Part shown: in pieces, positions 38,454 through 51,959 of the stretch
Position numbering within the stretch: the stretch's first letter is position 1
Layout: each line of letters opens with the position of its first letter
NCBI RefSeq assembly: GCF_006345805.1
Contig: NW_021836132.1
Coordinates: 1-64,000 of the forward strand
DNA length: 64,000 nucleotides
Direction of reading: 5' to 3'
Source of the DNA: Octopus sinensis
Taxonomy: Eukaryota
Position numbers and translations under genes: made by a program
Notes under the pieces: model-generated
Database searches by the model: none
What the model was told of the DNA's origin: nothing
Seen by the model: the letters and a program-made list of their open reading frames with translations, nothing else

Positions 38454-39049
38454 TACTTTGAGTTAAATAAAATCTGAAATTTAACAGTAAAAAATGTAAA
38501 TTATGCGATGCAGATAAATTTGTTTATTCAAGTTTAAAACGTTGATCGTTTCAAAAAAAACTCTCGTTCATCGGTTTTTTCGGAAAACATCGAACTAATT
38601 TTATTACATACAACCAACTTTCTAATTAATTTTTTTTTCTGAAAAACGAAAAAGATTAATTTTATGATTGAATTATTTATGTTACTGGAAACAGTGATAG
38701 TTTCCAACAATCTTGTCAAATTATTAGTTATATTTGAGCAAGGGAAGATTGGTTGCCTCTTTGAACACATCGATTCAATTAAATTAACTACTCTACTAAT
38801 CTCAACCTTTAAAACACACTATTTGGTCCAATTCAGCGACACGCAAAACTCTCAAGTTTGTTCCAACAGCATTTCTCTCCGGTGCAGAAACACTAACAAG
38901 TTTGACAAAACATTCGAGTTTGACAAGACATTCAAGCAAAGTCATTCGAAATTGTGAAGTATGTAAATTTGCCTGTCTATTAAAAGTTTTAATTCTTTTT
39001 AATAATTTATGTAAGTTGGTGATATGAATCATCATATTTTTGCTTATTT

Positions 39050-39584
39050 TCCTGATAAAAGGTTTTAGCTTTAAATAATGATTACAAATGGATTTTAACA
39101 GTAATCGATGTTTATAGTTTATAGTAGGTTTTTAAACAATTTGTTTAGATTTGCATTCGTCAGACCAGATTTTCATAAATCTTCAAACGAAGTATGCAAC
39201 AACTTAAGATCGCTTTTCTACCTATACGGGGTGGGCAAAATTTTGCAATCAGATAATGGCTCAGAATTAAAAAACGTGTCTCTAAGAAATCTTCGTGAAG
39301 ATTTCAACGCAGTTCATATACATGGAAAACCAAACAATCCTCGTACACAGGGGATTGTAAAACATTTTAATCAAACCACCACAAGAAAACTTTCCAAAAT
39401 GATAGACAAAGATGAAAAAAAGTGGCTGAAAATTTTGAAAAATCTAGCGTACTGTTATAACAAGACTGTACACTCATTTTCAAGTCAGAGTCCTTTTGAA
39501 AGATATCGAGGGATAAGCGGAATAAACACTAATGTTGCAGGTTATAATTATCAAATTATGTTCTTAGAAAATATTAGTGTTTGA
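39050..39584 (+). mobile_element. Ginger-like rve integrase fragment with a 21-nt intron
   Basis: YKWILTVIDVYS R|FAFVRP, ILQSDNGSEL, PRTQGIVKHFNQT and YNKTVHS; intron at 39128-39148. Confidence 0.8.
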
Positions 39585-39675
39585 CTTGGAATTTATATCT
39601 AGGCGCTTCTACTTGTCCAAGTGCAAAAAAATTCAAATTTAATTTAAATCCGATTAATGGAAACTTAGCCTACTA

Positions 39676-40112
39676 TGTGACATGGGCCAAATGATACGTA
39701 TGGGATGCGCGTTACACTGACCTTCAATTAATGTTAATCTGTCAATTTATCGATAAACTTCAAACAATCTTAAAAAAAATCTTATTATTGAATTATCAAT
39801 TATAAAAATAATTAATTTAATTAAGCTTTTTAATCCTGTCCATCCCGACTATAGACTTTTCCCCATTTGAATCTTTAATCTATTAAATAAATAAATTTAA
39901 AACTACCTCTACGCGATAATTCGACAAAATTTCAACATACGCTATTTCCATCTGGAGTTCCAAAATCTTTTTTAATTCGAATCTAGTTATTAATTTTTTA
40001 TTTCTTACTTTATCACCGACATTATAATCATACTTACTATTATGAACATTCATTTTCCTGTTCATAGCTTTGTAATAATTAGAAGTTTCACCAATAGAAG
40101 TCTCATGTCACA
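39676..40112 (-). mobile_element. Small Ginger-like derivative
   Basis: TGTGACATG..CATGTCACA ends; flanks TACTA/TATTA (4/5 TSD match); contains a YNVGDKVR integrase C-terminal remnant on the minus strand. Confidence 0.55.
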
Positions 40113-41157
40113 TATTAAGCTTAATGACCTTCTAAAAATTTAAAAAATAAAATTGTAAGGTTAATTTTTTAACTTTATATTTTTCATTATTTCAACAAAA
40201 AGTCAAGACTAATTAAGATGATGCTCCAGAGAATGAGATATCATCCTTACTTGACAACATTTGAACATGCTGAATTGCGAACAGTGTCTAGCAAGTGTTT
40301 AGAGCGTGATCAAAGTATTACTATGCAGATCTCTACAATGACCCCATCATCCTGAAATAAGGGGTCCAGGTGATTTGCCAACAAGACATCTCCACAACGG
40401 GTATCACGAAGCCCAAGAAGAGAATAGTCATTACACTCGAGAATACACAGTATGCGAACATATTGTCTACAATATTAAAAAGAGAGGCTAGAGGTGACTG
40501 CATTGATGATCATTATCAACAGGGCAATTCCATATCATCAGATAGGGTGATGACGATTCCATACTCCCATTCTTTGATGAGAATGAAAACAATGTTTAGA
40601 AGTGCTCAAAAAGGCATTTTGTTAACTTCACAGGTTGTCCAAGAAACATAAAACTTCCGTTAGTAAGGATTTTTCGATTATATAATACATAGTTTGACAA
40701 CATATCGCCAGCAAAAATTAGATGAATCAGAAATTGATATCTGGAATTTGAAAGTGACTAAGGCCTGTTTAAAATGTGATATTCCACTAACTAAATTATC
40801 GATGCCTTTGTTTATTCAAATGCAACCAGATTTCACTTCCTTCATAATCATAAGCTAAAAATTGTGCTAAATATATTGCTAATGAATATATGGATTCTTT
40901 CATGATCTAATTCGAGTATTCCATCAAATTTTATTAAAAAGAAAACCCTTGAGATTGATTCTTATAAAAACAGAGTTGAACTGTGGGAAAGAACGCTTGA
41001 CCTAAACAAAAGAATAAGCAAGATTTATCACCAAATTAGTATTTCTTAAGGTCCGCCGCTGCCTGTCAGTACCTCGAAGGGAAAGAGGTAAACATGTCTA
41101 TATGAATTACTTTGCAAATAGAGGATATAGCGACCGGAAGAAGTTTAATATTTTGAT

Positions 41158-42225
41158 TTGGAGTTTAATACACTTATTTATTTGAAAAAAATAATCATTG
41201 AAAACAAGTCTAGTGAAATGAAGAGTAATGAAGTGATGGATGTCTTGAAAAGTGAAGCAATTGCAAGGATTAAGAAGCTTGCTAATACAAAGCTAAATTC
41301 TGGAAATTTCTTTAAATCAGTTAACGAATATGCACTATCGATTTATAATTATTATTCATCCCAAAATGTACAGACATTTATTTCTAGTAAACATAATTGG
41401 GCTTTGACGGTCACAAGAACATTTCTAGAAGCCAATATACCTTTATATAAACTGATGCATCTTTCCATAATACGTTTGTTTCAAAATGATACCTTTACTC
41501 TCCCTTCAGAATCTACATGCAGGTCGTGTGTCAAAGAAATCGTTACAGATAAAATTAATCAAATTATGAATTCCTTAAGGTTTTGTTTTAAAGTAAATTG
41601 TAGTGGCGTATATGTTTCCATGGTCATTGATGAGGCTCAAATTAATGGGTCACGTTTTCTGGTATCCTTGATGGGGAATATAGAATTTCCGAAAAAACTA
41701 TATTTAATATCCTGCAAAAAGTTAGACGATCCACCCACTGCTTCTAAAATTTGCGTTGAAGTCGATGAATTGATTAAAAATATGAACATTCACCGTGATA
41801 AATTTGTTTTGTTGGTTTCAGATGCAGCAAGATATATGACAAGTGGTAAAAATTTAATTAATTTTTTAGCTGGAATATCATTAAAAATGATTTATCCAAA
41901 TCTTTTTCATATAACATGCGTATCTCATTTGCTTCATAATTGTGCTTTAAGAATAAAGTCACATTTTGGAGATGTGGATGAATTAATTTCAAAAATCAAG
42001 GCGGCAATAGTAAAAAATAGGGGACAGAAAGAAATGTTTTCAAAAATTTGGCAACCACCTGATGTGGTTGTCACAAGATGGGGTAGCTGGCTATCAGCAG
42101 CTAAATATTATTCCGAAAATCTTCCTGAAGTCATTAAAATTGTATCAAATTTTAGTGGAGACGGAATATTAGTTAATAAGGTGAAAACTAATATGATCGT
42201 TGGTTTGGGATTCAACGTGTGTTGA
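41158..42225 (+). mobile_element. Chimeric ORF: REL-retrotransposon RT segment fused to a hAT (DUF659-like) transposase
   Basis: The first ~68 aa (RIKKLANTKLNSGNFFKSVNEYALSIYNY) are typical of R2-like RT thumb regions. The remainder has VIDEAQ, LLVSDAARYM, HITCVSHLLHNCA and VVTRWGSWL hAT motifs. Confidence 0.7.
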
Positions 42226-42505
42226 CACCCATTCCAAAACTAATATGATCTCTTCTGCTGTTTCTCCAGGTTCTGCAGCAGATGCTGCAGAGCAAAGAAA
42301 AATTGCCAAATACGCAAATCTTGGACAACGGTACCGCTTCGTACCTATCGCTGTGGAGACTTCTGGAATAACCGGCCCTCTTACGACTTCTTTCATCAGA
42401 GAAGTCGGAGGAAAAGTTGCTAGGCGACGTGGGGAGCCTCGAGAAGTGTCATGGTTATTCCAACAAATTGGAATAGCTGTCGTTCGCGGCAATGCACACT
42501 CCATC
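42200..42505 (+). mobile_element. CRE-like REL endonuclease C-terminal fragment
   Basis: VWDSTCVDT..PGSAADAAEQRKIAKY..FVPIAVETSG..SWLFQQIGIAVVRGNAHSI. Confidence 0.85.
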
Positions 42506-42514
42506 AATATTTAC

Positions 42515-42716
42515 ATTTGGGTCAGATCTTATAGACTTAAAAAGATTTTCAACTGTTAATCATGATTTTAAATGGATTTTAACGGTCATTGATGTCAATA
42601 GCAGGTTTGTTAGTTAAAACAATCTTTATAGATTTGCCTTCGCCAGGCCTCTTTATAATAAGTCAGGCAAGGAAGTATCTATAAAAGAAGAAGCGACATT
42701 GTTGGATGCTGTCAAG
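42515..42716 (+). mobile_element. Integrase 5' core fragment with a 27-nt intron, fused in frame to a Myb/SANT-like motif
   Basis: SDLIDLKRFSTVNHDFKWILTVIDVNSR|FAFARPLYNKSGKEVS continues directly into IKEEATLLDAVKIYGKDFDHIS; intron at 42605-42631. Confidence 0.75.
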
Positions 42717-45700
42717 ATTTATGGAAAGGATTTTGATCATATTTCAACAATTTTACATGAGAATCAACGTTCAGCTTCGGCAATAAAGAGAAAATGGGAA
42801 AAGATGTCATGTGATAAAAAGTTGTTAGAAAAAGTGTCCAAATATTTATGGAAAGGATTTTGATCATATTTCAACAATTTTACATGAGAATCAACGTTCA
42901 GCTTCGGCAATAAAGAGAAAATGGGAAAAGATGTCATGTGATAAAAAGTTGTTAGAAAAAGTTTCAAAATATTTATGGAAAGGATTTTGATCATATTTCA
43001 ACAATTTTACATGAGAATCAACGTTCAGCTTCGGCAATAAAAAGAAAATGGGAAAAGATGTCATGTGATAAAAAGTTGTTAGAAAAAGTGTCCAAATATT
43101 TATGGAAAGGATTTTGATCATATTTCAACAATTTTACATGAGAATCAACGTTCAGCTTCGGCAATAAAAAGAAAATGGGAAAAGATGTCATGTGATAAAA
43201 AGTTGTTAGAAAAAGTGTCCAAATATTTATGGAAAGGATTTTGATCATATTTCAACAATTTTACATGAGAATCAACGTTCAGCTTCGGCAATAAAGAGAA
43301 AATGGGAAAAGATGTCATGTGATAAAAAGTTGTTAGAAAAAGTTTCAAAATATTTATGGAAAGGATTTTGATCATATTTCAACAATTTTACATGAGAATC
43401 AACGTTCAGCTTCGGCAATAAAGAGAAAATGGGAAAAGATGTCATGTGATAAAAAGTTGTTAGAAAAAGTTTCAAAATATTTATGGAAAGGATTTTGATC
43501 ATATTTCAACAATTTTACATGAGAATCAACGTTCAGCTTCGGCAATAAAAAGAAAATGGGAAAAGATGTCATGTGATAAAAAGTTGTTAGAAAAAGTGTC
43601 CAAATATTTATGGAAAGGATTTTGATCATATTTCAACAATTTTACATGAGAATCAACGTTCAGCTTCGGCAATAAAGAGAAAATGGGAAAAGATGTCATG
43701 TGATAAAAAGTTGTTAGAAAAAGTTTCAAAATATTTATGGAAAGGATTTTGATCATATTTCAACAATTTTACATGAGAATCAACGTTCAGCTTCGGCAAT
43801 AAAAAGAAAATGGGAAAAGATGTCATGTGATAAAAAGTTGTTAGAAAAAGTGTCCAAATATTTATGGAAAGGATTTTGATCATATTTCAACAATTTTACA
43901 TGAGAATCAACGTTCAGCTTCGGCAATAAAGAGAAAATGGGAAAAGATGTCATGTGATAAAAAGTTGTTAGAAAAGTTTCAAAATATTTATGGAAAGGAT
44001 TTTGATCATATTTCAACAATTTTACATGAGAATCAACGTTCAGCTTCGGCAATAAAAAGAAAATGGGAAAAGATGTCATGTGATAAAAAGTTGTTAGAAA
44101 AAGTGTCCAAATATTTATGGAAAGGATTTTGATCATATTTCAACAATTTTACATGAGAATCAACGTTCAGCTTCGGCAATAAAAAGAAAATGGGAAAAGA
44201 TGTCATGTGATAAAAAGTTGTTAGAAAAAGTGTCCAAATATTTATGGAAAGGATTTTGATCATATTTCAACAATTTTACATGAGAATCAACGTTCAGCTT
44301 CGGCAATAAAGAGAAAATGGGAAAAGATGTCATGTGATAAAAAGTTGTTAGAAAAAGTTTCAAAATATTTATGGAAAGGATTTTGATCATATTTCAACAA
44401 TTTTACATGAGAATCAACGTTCAGCTTCGGCAATAAAAAGAAAATGGGAAAAGATGTCATGTGATAAAAGTTGTTAGAAAAAGTGTCCAAATATTTATGG
44501 AAAGGATTTTGATCATATTTCAACAATTTTACATGAGAATCAACGTTCAGCTTCGGCAATAAAGAGAAAATGGGAAAAGATGTCATGTGATAAAAAGTTG
44601 TTAGAAAAAGTTTCAAAATATTTATGGAAAGGATTTTGATCATATTTCAACAATTTTACATGAGAATCAACGTTCAGCTTCGGCAATAAAAGAAAATGGG
44701 AAAAGATGTCATGTGATAAAAAGTTGTTAGAAAAAGTGTCCAAATATTTATGGAAAGGATTTTGATCATATTTCAACAATTTTACATGAGAATCAACGTT
44801 CAGCTTCGGCAATAAAAAGAAAATGGGAAAAGATGTCATGTGATAAAAAGTTGTTAGAAAAAGTGTCCAAATATTTATGGAAAGGATTTTGATCATATTT
44901 CAACAATTTTACATGAGAATCAACGTTCAGCTTCGGCAATAAAAAGAAAATGGGAAAAGATGTCATGTGATAAAAAGTTGTTAGAAAAAGTGTCCAAATA
45001 TTTATGGAAAGGATTTTGATCATATTTCAACAATTTTACATGAGAATCAACGTTCAGCTTCGGCAATAAAGAGAAAATGGGAAAAGATGTCATGTGATAA
45101 AAAGTTGTTAGAAAAAGTGTCCAAATATTTATGGAAAGGATTTTGATCATATTTCAACAATTTTACATGAGAATCAACGTTCAGCTTCGGCAATAAAGAG
45201 AAAATGGGAAAAGATGTCATGTGATAAAAAGTTGTTAGAAAAAGTGTCCAAATATTTATGGAAAGGATTTTGATCATATTTCAACAATTTTACATGAGAA
45301 TCAACGTTCAGCTTCGGCAATAAAGAGAAAATGGGAAAAGATGTCATGTGATAAAAAGTTGTTAGAAAAAGTTTCAAAATATTTATGGAAAGGATTTTGA
45401 TCATATTTCAACAATTTTACATGAGAATCAACGTTCAGCTTCGGCAATAAAAAGAAAATGGGAAAAGATGTCATGTGATAAAAAGTTGTTAGAAAAAGTG
45501 TCCAAATATTTATGGAAAGGATTTTGATCATATTTCAACAATTTTACATGAGAATCAACGTTCAGCTTCGGCAATAAAGAGAAAATGGGAAAAGATGTCA
45601 TGTGATAAAAAGTTGTTAGAAAAGTGTCCAAATATTTATGGAAAGGATTTTGATCATATTTCAACAATTTTACATGAGAATCAACGTTCAGCTTCGGCAA

Positions 45701-45869
45701 TAAAGAGAAAATGGGAAAAGATGTCATGTGATAAAAAGTTGTTAGAAAAAGTTTCAAAATATTTATGGAAAGGATTTTGATCATATTTCAACAATTTTAC
45801 ATGAGAATCAACGTTCAGCTTCGGCAATAAAAGAAAATGGGAAAAGATGTCATGTGATAAAAAGTTGTT
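42717..45869 (+). repeat. Tandem satellite of about 25 units of 127 bp (a few 126 bp), derived from Myb-domain coding sequence
   Basis: Near-identical units ATTTATGGAAAGGATTTTGATCAT..GTGTCCAAAT; the plus frame encodes IYGKDFDHISTILHENQRSASAIKRKWEKMSCDKKLL. Confidence 0.97.
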
Positions 45870-46203
45870 GGTTGCTGGAATATAAAAAATTATATTATAA
45901 GGTTGTTGTTGCACGTTGTTGTTGTGCAACTCCTCCGCCGCCTCCGACAAATCCCGCACAGAATCCCAAAGGCTGCTCGCATCCCAGCTGCTTCCTCTTT
46001 TTTCATTATAATAACACATTTTTTACAAGCAATCAACAGAATGATTCTTTCTTTAATTGATTTGGTATTTATTAATGTGAGTTGAACTACGAATCCGAGC
46101 GAAAAGAGGATTTGTGCTAATTTTAAACAAAATCGAGGAACAAACCGAGCACTAGACGCGACTTTGACACCTGTCAAGCCTGTCATCAACGTGTCAGTCT
46201 AAT

Positions 46204-46740
46204 TTACTCGTCATTGTGTTCACGAACATTGAAGAAATGAAAAATATTGCTCGAGGGATTCATGAGGCCAATCATTGCGGACACAATGCATTGGAAGCTC
46301 TTTGTAGAAGAAGATTTTATACAATAAAAAGAGAGATCATTCGGGAAGTTGGACTCTTGACTCTGATATTGATTCGGCCCTCGCTTTTTGGAAACGTAAT
46401 TTCTCTGAAGTCCCTTCAGATGTCTTTTCTCAGCGAGACTGGGACAAATTCTTTGCCGTCGATCTTCAACTGACTTGGAACCAAAATCTCGACCAGGGGA
46501 CAAAAATCCTTATCAGGAAAAGAAACTTTCTTAAAAAGAATTCAATTTCTATTCCTGGAGGAAGAAAAGAAATAAAGAACCTAAATGATACAATTTCTAA
46601 GAAACTGAAAGCATCTCAAAGAAGAAGATGGGAAAAACAAATCAAAACGCTTGATAAGGAAAAATCTACCCAACACATGTGGAACACACTCAAAAAGTTC
46701 AGACCCGCCAACTATTGCAAAGACAAAATCGAGGAACAAA
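46204..46740 (+). mobile_element. Ginger-like integrase remnants
   Basis: IHEANHCGHNALEALC zinc-binding motif and a downstream GTKILIRK C-terminal segment; core deleted. Confidence 0.6.
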
Positions 46741-47699
46741 TAAATAAAATTATGTTATAAAATTATAAAGAATATAAATTTTAATTAAAAATAGGATAAA
46801 ATACAATAAATAAAAATGAATCAAAAATTTCAAAATAAATGGAATGAACAGATTGAAGGAATAAACTCACAAATATTACAAAATGATGAAATTTCAGATA
46901 ATTTAACCATTAAAAGAAACTACATCTCGGAATATTTCTTCTGAATCCATTTAAATAAAAAAATAAAGATCGATCAAATAATGTAACAGGACAACAAGGT
47001 ATGTAACAGCGTGCTCACACGTGCCATAATTTATTAGGTTTTCAATTAATAATTGGATAACCAAAAATTAAGATAATTTATTAATAAAAAAACATTATTT
47101 TAATTAAAACACAATTCTACCTTGTCGCTTATAAACAGTGTAAATAACAACGCGCATATCTCAATGATGCTCCAGATAGCTGAAATAATGATACAAAGTG
47201 CAATCAAATAAGACAATACAACCAGCTACATAACCAAAATTGGAGAGCCTGACAATCGACTGTTTTGTTTGTTTTTCATAATTTAAAAAACAAAATAAAC
47301 TTCATTCATTAATTTTCTTGTGATCAAATTCATTTAAAGAATTTTTAGTGTGACAATTTTGTAAATTTTTAATTTTTTTAAACTTGCTTTTCATTCATCG
47401 AGCAAAAAGAAACATCCAAATAACTGTAAGAATTACCAAATGAAAACAATTGGATCCAAAACCAACCTATATCTAAAAAATGTCCACTGAAAATAATAGA
47501 AATAAAAGTTGAATATCTAGGAAATATTTACATTTGGGTCAGATCATTTGTGTGAGCGTAGACTGTTTTCTAATAAGAGAGCGTACAGCTTCGTTAATGT
47601 AAGGAAACAAAATAATGCCCATAACTGGTGCTAATAAATTGATAGATAACTGAATTGTGCAGAGTGTAAAACAAAAATTAAGGGCAAAAATAAAAACCA

Positions 47700-48600
47700 T
47701 AAAAAATTCTGACAATTTAATCGATAAGTGGAATGACGCCTTCTCTACGAATATGTGTTTTTATAGCATTACGAATAATCCATGTTGAATCCTGTTAGTG
47801 TCGTTCATAAGCCATGACTTTTTTGTAAATAGTCCTAAACCTGGAATAGAGATTCAATTTTAACATTTTTACATTAATTTTGACAAAATTGGCCGTTTGT
47901 GCACCCTTCGTTGTTTCCAAATCTTGTAAGCCGGTTTTGTCTGATGTTCGATTAATTAGAAACTTTGTCTCATTTTATGTGTAAAAAATTATAATTATTT
48001 TTGTGCGTATATTTTGACAAATATTTTTATAACATATACACATAAGGACTTTTTCTAATCGGCTAAATCAAGATGAGAGCTAATAAAAATAATTTTATTA
48101 ATCAGGTTAATGGAATCCCAATCGTACAATTTTCAATGATTTTTTCTGCATTTCTGTAGAAACTCCGTATTTTCTCCCGAGTTAGATTTGTCAGAGAATA
48201 TTCTAACGCATTTTGTAATAATAGTGCTCGAAATTTGGTCAATGTTTATTTTTTTAATATTTTCCAGACTATTCCTCGAAATTCGTCCTCTTCGCAGCAT
48301 TTTGTAGATAATCAATCGGCCATCAAGTCGTTTATATATTGTCGCAATACAAATTTTATTATTTACCAAACTGCGCATTTCCTTATAGATTATTCTCAAA
48401 TTTTTCAATTAAAAAAATTCATATCATCATCCGTAAGTTTAATCGTAGCATCCCTTCTACTTCCAGTTTACAAACAGACAGATTTCCACTTTTTACAATG
48501 GCTATAGCTGTTGTTCTCCTAGACCAAAATCCCGAGAAAGCTTATATAATTGCCACCCTTTTCATTCTTATTTATAAGTCCTCTTTATGTAGGTTTTAAT
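47700..48600 (-). mobile_element. Tc1/IS630-like transposase remnant
   Basis: ICIATIYKRL..RNSLENIKK HTH-region motif and degenerate C-terminal segment. Confidence 0.5.
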
Positions 48601-49539
48601 ATTCTTGAATTTGTTCTTGACAAATTTGTACAAGAACGACGAATCAGAAAATATAAAATAAATGACAAATCGTCAAAAGTAAAAATTAACACAAAAATGT
48701 AGAAATTGATGAAAAAGTGTCAAAATTGAATATTGCTCAGTTAAAATTGATATAAAAATGTCAGAATTGAACTGAAAGTGGTATAGTTTTCAACAATATC
48801 AATTTAGGGGTCATCTCGAAGCGATGTTGAGAGAAGTTTTGAATAGATGTCATGTAACACCTCAGACAAGAGACCTGCTATCACTTGAAGGCGTTATGAC
48901 AAGTATATTTTTTCCTCATCGCCTTTCCGAACCCAACGCTACAGATTGTCAACTTTACATCGCTCACTGCGTAATGTATTTAATTTTCCAAGCCCTACAA
49001 AACCAGATGTTTGACCCAGTGATTCAACAAGCATTGGATATGCATAGATAACTAGACATTAACGAGTTGTCCTTCCCCGACGTATTCCTGGAATATATTC
49101 TCGTATAGTCAGACATAATTATTGTTAATATGCGAGACCTAATTCAAGTAACACTTGGTCAGTGCGGTTGGAATTGACTTTTTTTCTAATCAAAATGGAA
49201 AGCTGATGAATTTCAAGCTCAATTACAGCAAAATGCGCTATCATCCCATCGACCTGTCGTCACTACAGTCAGGGATTCGCTTCCATCGAAAATCGGAAAA
49301 GCACGTATCCCGGGTGTGGTCCATCTCAGACAGGACAGCGGTGTTCCGACTCAAATGAGGGACCAACCCCAACAAAATTATCAATGTGTTCCGACTCAAA
49401 CGCGTGTCAGAGCCATTGTAACCCAGAAGAACTTGATGAATTCTACTCCACCCTCACAGATTTATACAACAACCTCAATTCTTCCTACATGTACATCATT
49501 GGCGGAAACAGAAAAGCCAAAGCTGGAAAAGCCTGACTC

Positions 49540-50330
49540 CGAGAAACATTTTTGATTTAAATCAGATTTTCATAAGCGAAAATGTATTGCTTAAATTTTG
49601 CTCTGAGTCGGGAGAGTATATTCATAATGTTAAGCATAATACTTCAAAGCAAGGTCAATCTCGACAGTTGAAAGAGATTTCCCTCCATTAGATTTGCAAG
49701 TAAGTGGAAAAATGTTAATGCTTGATCAGCTCGAGTTTTCACTTTTTCTAAAATAGCCGTAAATTCATAAGTCGGTTCAAGTTCCTTTCAAATTTCTACA
49801 GCATAATTAATCTTCGTAGAATCATTTTGCATTTCGTCTAAACCGACAGCAATTGGTTTAATCAGCTGCAAATATTCTTCAACACGACGTTTTAGGAAAA
49901 TAATTTGGACTTTAGAAGCAAAATCTGAATCAATATCGGATCTGTGTTCTTGACAAATTTTCAAAATTGTAGACCAATTATCCAGATAAGATTTTGCAGA
50001 TTCTAATGCAACAGATTAAGGTATCCACAATGTCAATTATATAGCTTTCTCTATCCGATGTTACAGCCTAAACATAAATAAAAGGTTTAACATGAATAAT
50101 ATGTTTATCGAAGTGAACCCACAAGGAGTCACACTTTCTACCAGACATTTATTCGATTTAAACAATTTTAAATGATTTTTTCATTTTTTTGGATCGCCGC
50201 CAAACTCATAAAAATGATCTGTTGACAAGTGACATGTAGCCAGCATGGGAAGCGACATAATCTATTTGTGCGTGTCTATACCAAAACAACTTTAATTTTA
50301 TAATTCGCAAGTTGCTGCTTTTTGTTGATG
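49540..50330 (-). mobile_element. hAT transposase remnant
   Basis: Minus strand reads LESAKSYLDNWSTILKIC..VEEYLQLIKPIAVGLDEMQND; degenerate. Confidence 0.6.
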
Positions 50331-50399
50331 TCTACCTTAATTATGAAATATGCCGCATTTAATCAAATTTTTTGATTCCAAATACAAATTATATCAAAG

Positions 50400-51022
50400 G
50401 GTCTGAGGCTTTGGAAAAAGGAAAGCAAATTTGTGTCTTGAATATCAAGGAGAGTTGCGAACAATATTATTTGCTGATAAAACAAATTTCAACTTGCATA
50501 TTCGTCGTAAAAAAGGTAAATTAGTTAATTACTTAAAAGTTTGGTCAAAAGTTGGATCACGTCTATTGCATCCACTTCAAAAGGTCCAGATATCCATGTA
50601 ATTGGAGCTATGAGTTTGTCAGGAAGTGTCATCGCAAAATCCATGAAATAAACAACTCCGGGGACGTAGTTATAATTGATAATACCCCATGCCATTCACA
50701 ACTGGAAGAAATCCTTCGTGAAGAAGAGTTCACAATGCATCGAAATCTTCGTTTGCCATCATATATTCCTATGCTCAATCCTATTGAAAATGCATGGTAA
50801 ATTTCAAAGGCAGGAGTGGAGAAAGATTTGTCAACTCATCTTCCATCTATTTTAGAAAATAATCAAACGGACTTAACGCAGAAAGAATATTGCTTACGGT
50901 GTCTTGAAAGGATTATTGAAGAAAACATTGGACTAATAACTGTTCAAAAATGTGTTGTATTTATAGCGAACATTCAGCGTAAACTTCTAAATGCAACTCA
51001 AATGCAGAACATCCAAATTTAA
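50400..51022 (+). mobile_element. Tc1/IS630 (DDE_3) transposase remnant
   Basis: DKTNFNL, VIIDNTPCH and LPSYIPMLNPIENAW motifs. Confidence 0.75.
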
Positions 51023-51385
51023 AAATAACACATATTTTTTTCAAATTTTATACGTTTTCGATTAGTTAAATTGCAAATTATAAAATTGAAGTTGCCAATT
51101 ATAAAATTGAACTTTCGGATTATAAATTTGAAATTTTTTGGTATAATTCGAAGGGTGAAAGAGTTTAAAATTAGAAACGTTAATGAATTATTAAAATGAA
51201 AACATCCATATGTTCTTATATTACGATCATTGTTCGTCTATTTGCTAAAAATAAAATTGCGATTCAAATAACCACTATATTTTGATATTGATGAAAAATT
51301 TTGACGGGAACCGTATTTCCCTAAAAAAATTTTGATCACTTACACTGTACATTTAAAATATATTCGCCAGAGAAACACAGAAATG

Positions 51386-51858
51386 ACCAGGATTGCAAGA
51401 GGGGCGACCAGTAATAAAATGAGCACAACTAAACAGAATTCTATTCAATTATGCCCGAAAAACAAACGTGAATATTCGAGTTGAACACCTATTTTTGATA
51501 TAGAATAAAAATAATTTGCAAATATTGGATAACTTTTTATTTAAAACATAAATTTAATCAAGGAAATAATTACTATTTACGGTATTCGCTTGATTAATTT
51601 TTCATTTTCGCTCCGATTTTCTTTCACATTCCTGTTCACTACCAATCCTACTTCCCTCTGAATAATCTGCAACTTGGTTAACAAAGGAAAGAAGGGCCGA
51701 TATTGTTCATTCCGTTCAGGTTTCTTTCATCTCTCTCGTTTTTCCCTGGCTCGCCGCATTTCGGAACTTCTTCCATCAAATTTAAAAGCCCTCGGCGTCT
51801 TTACCGAATGTTTTAAAAATCTTATATTGATATAACTAAATTTTTTCCTATTTGATAA
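51386..51858 (+). repeat. About 475-bp dispersed repeat, copy 1
   Basis: Highly similar to 54929-55402, starting ACCAGGATTGCAAGAGG; contains a PHD-like remnant. Confidence 0.9.
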
Positions 51859-51959
51859 ACGTATTTTTATTAATTTTAGTGGTTATCCATTACAAATTAA
51901 TTAAAAAATTACTTTTATTTAAAAAAACTACTAAGTTAAATTAACAATATCAGCGTAAT

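Noticed and set aside
42717-45869. A roughly 1000-aa poly-Myb protein made by per-unit frameshifting or masked by sequencing error
   Set aside because: Most units are consistently 127 bp with a stop, and no canonical slippery site is evident; accurate reads would be needed to revive this idea.
42764-46019. Series of 76-118 aa minus-strand ORFs
   Set aside because: They are by-products of the 127-bp periodicity; the meaningful frame is the plus-strand Myb-like one.
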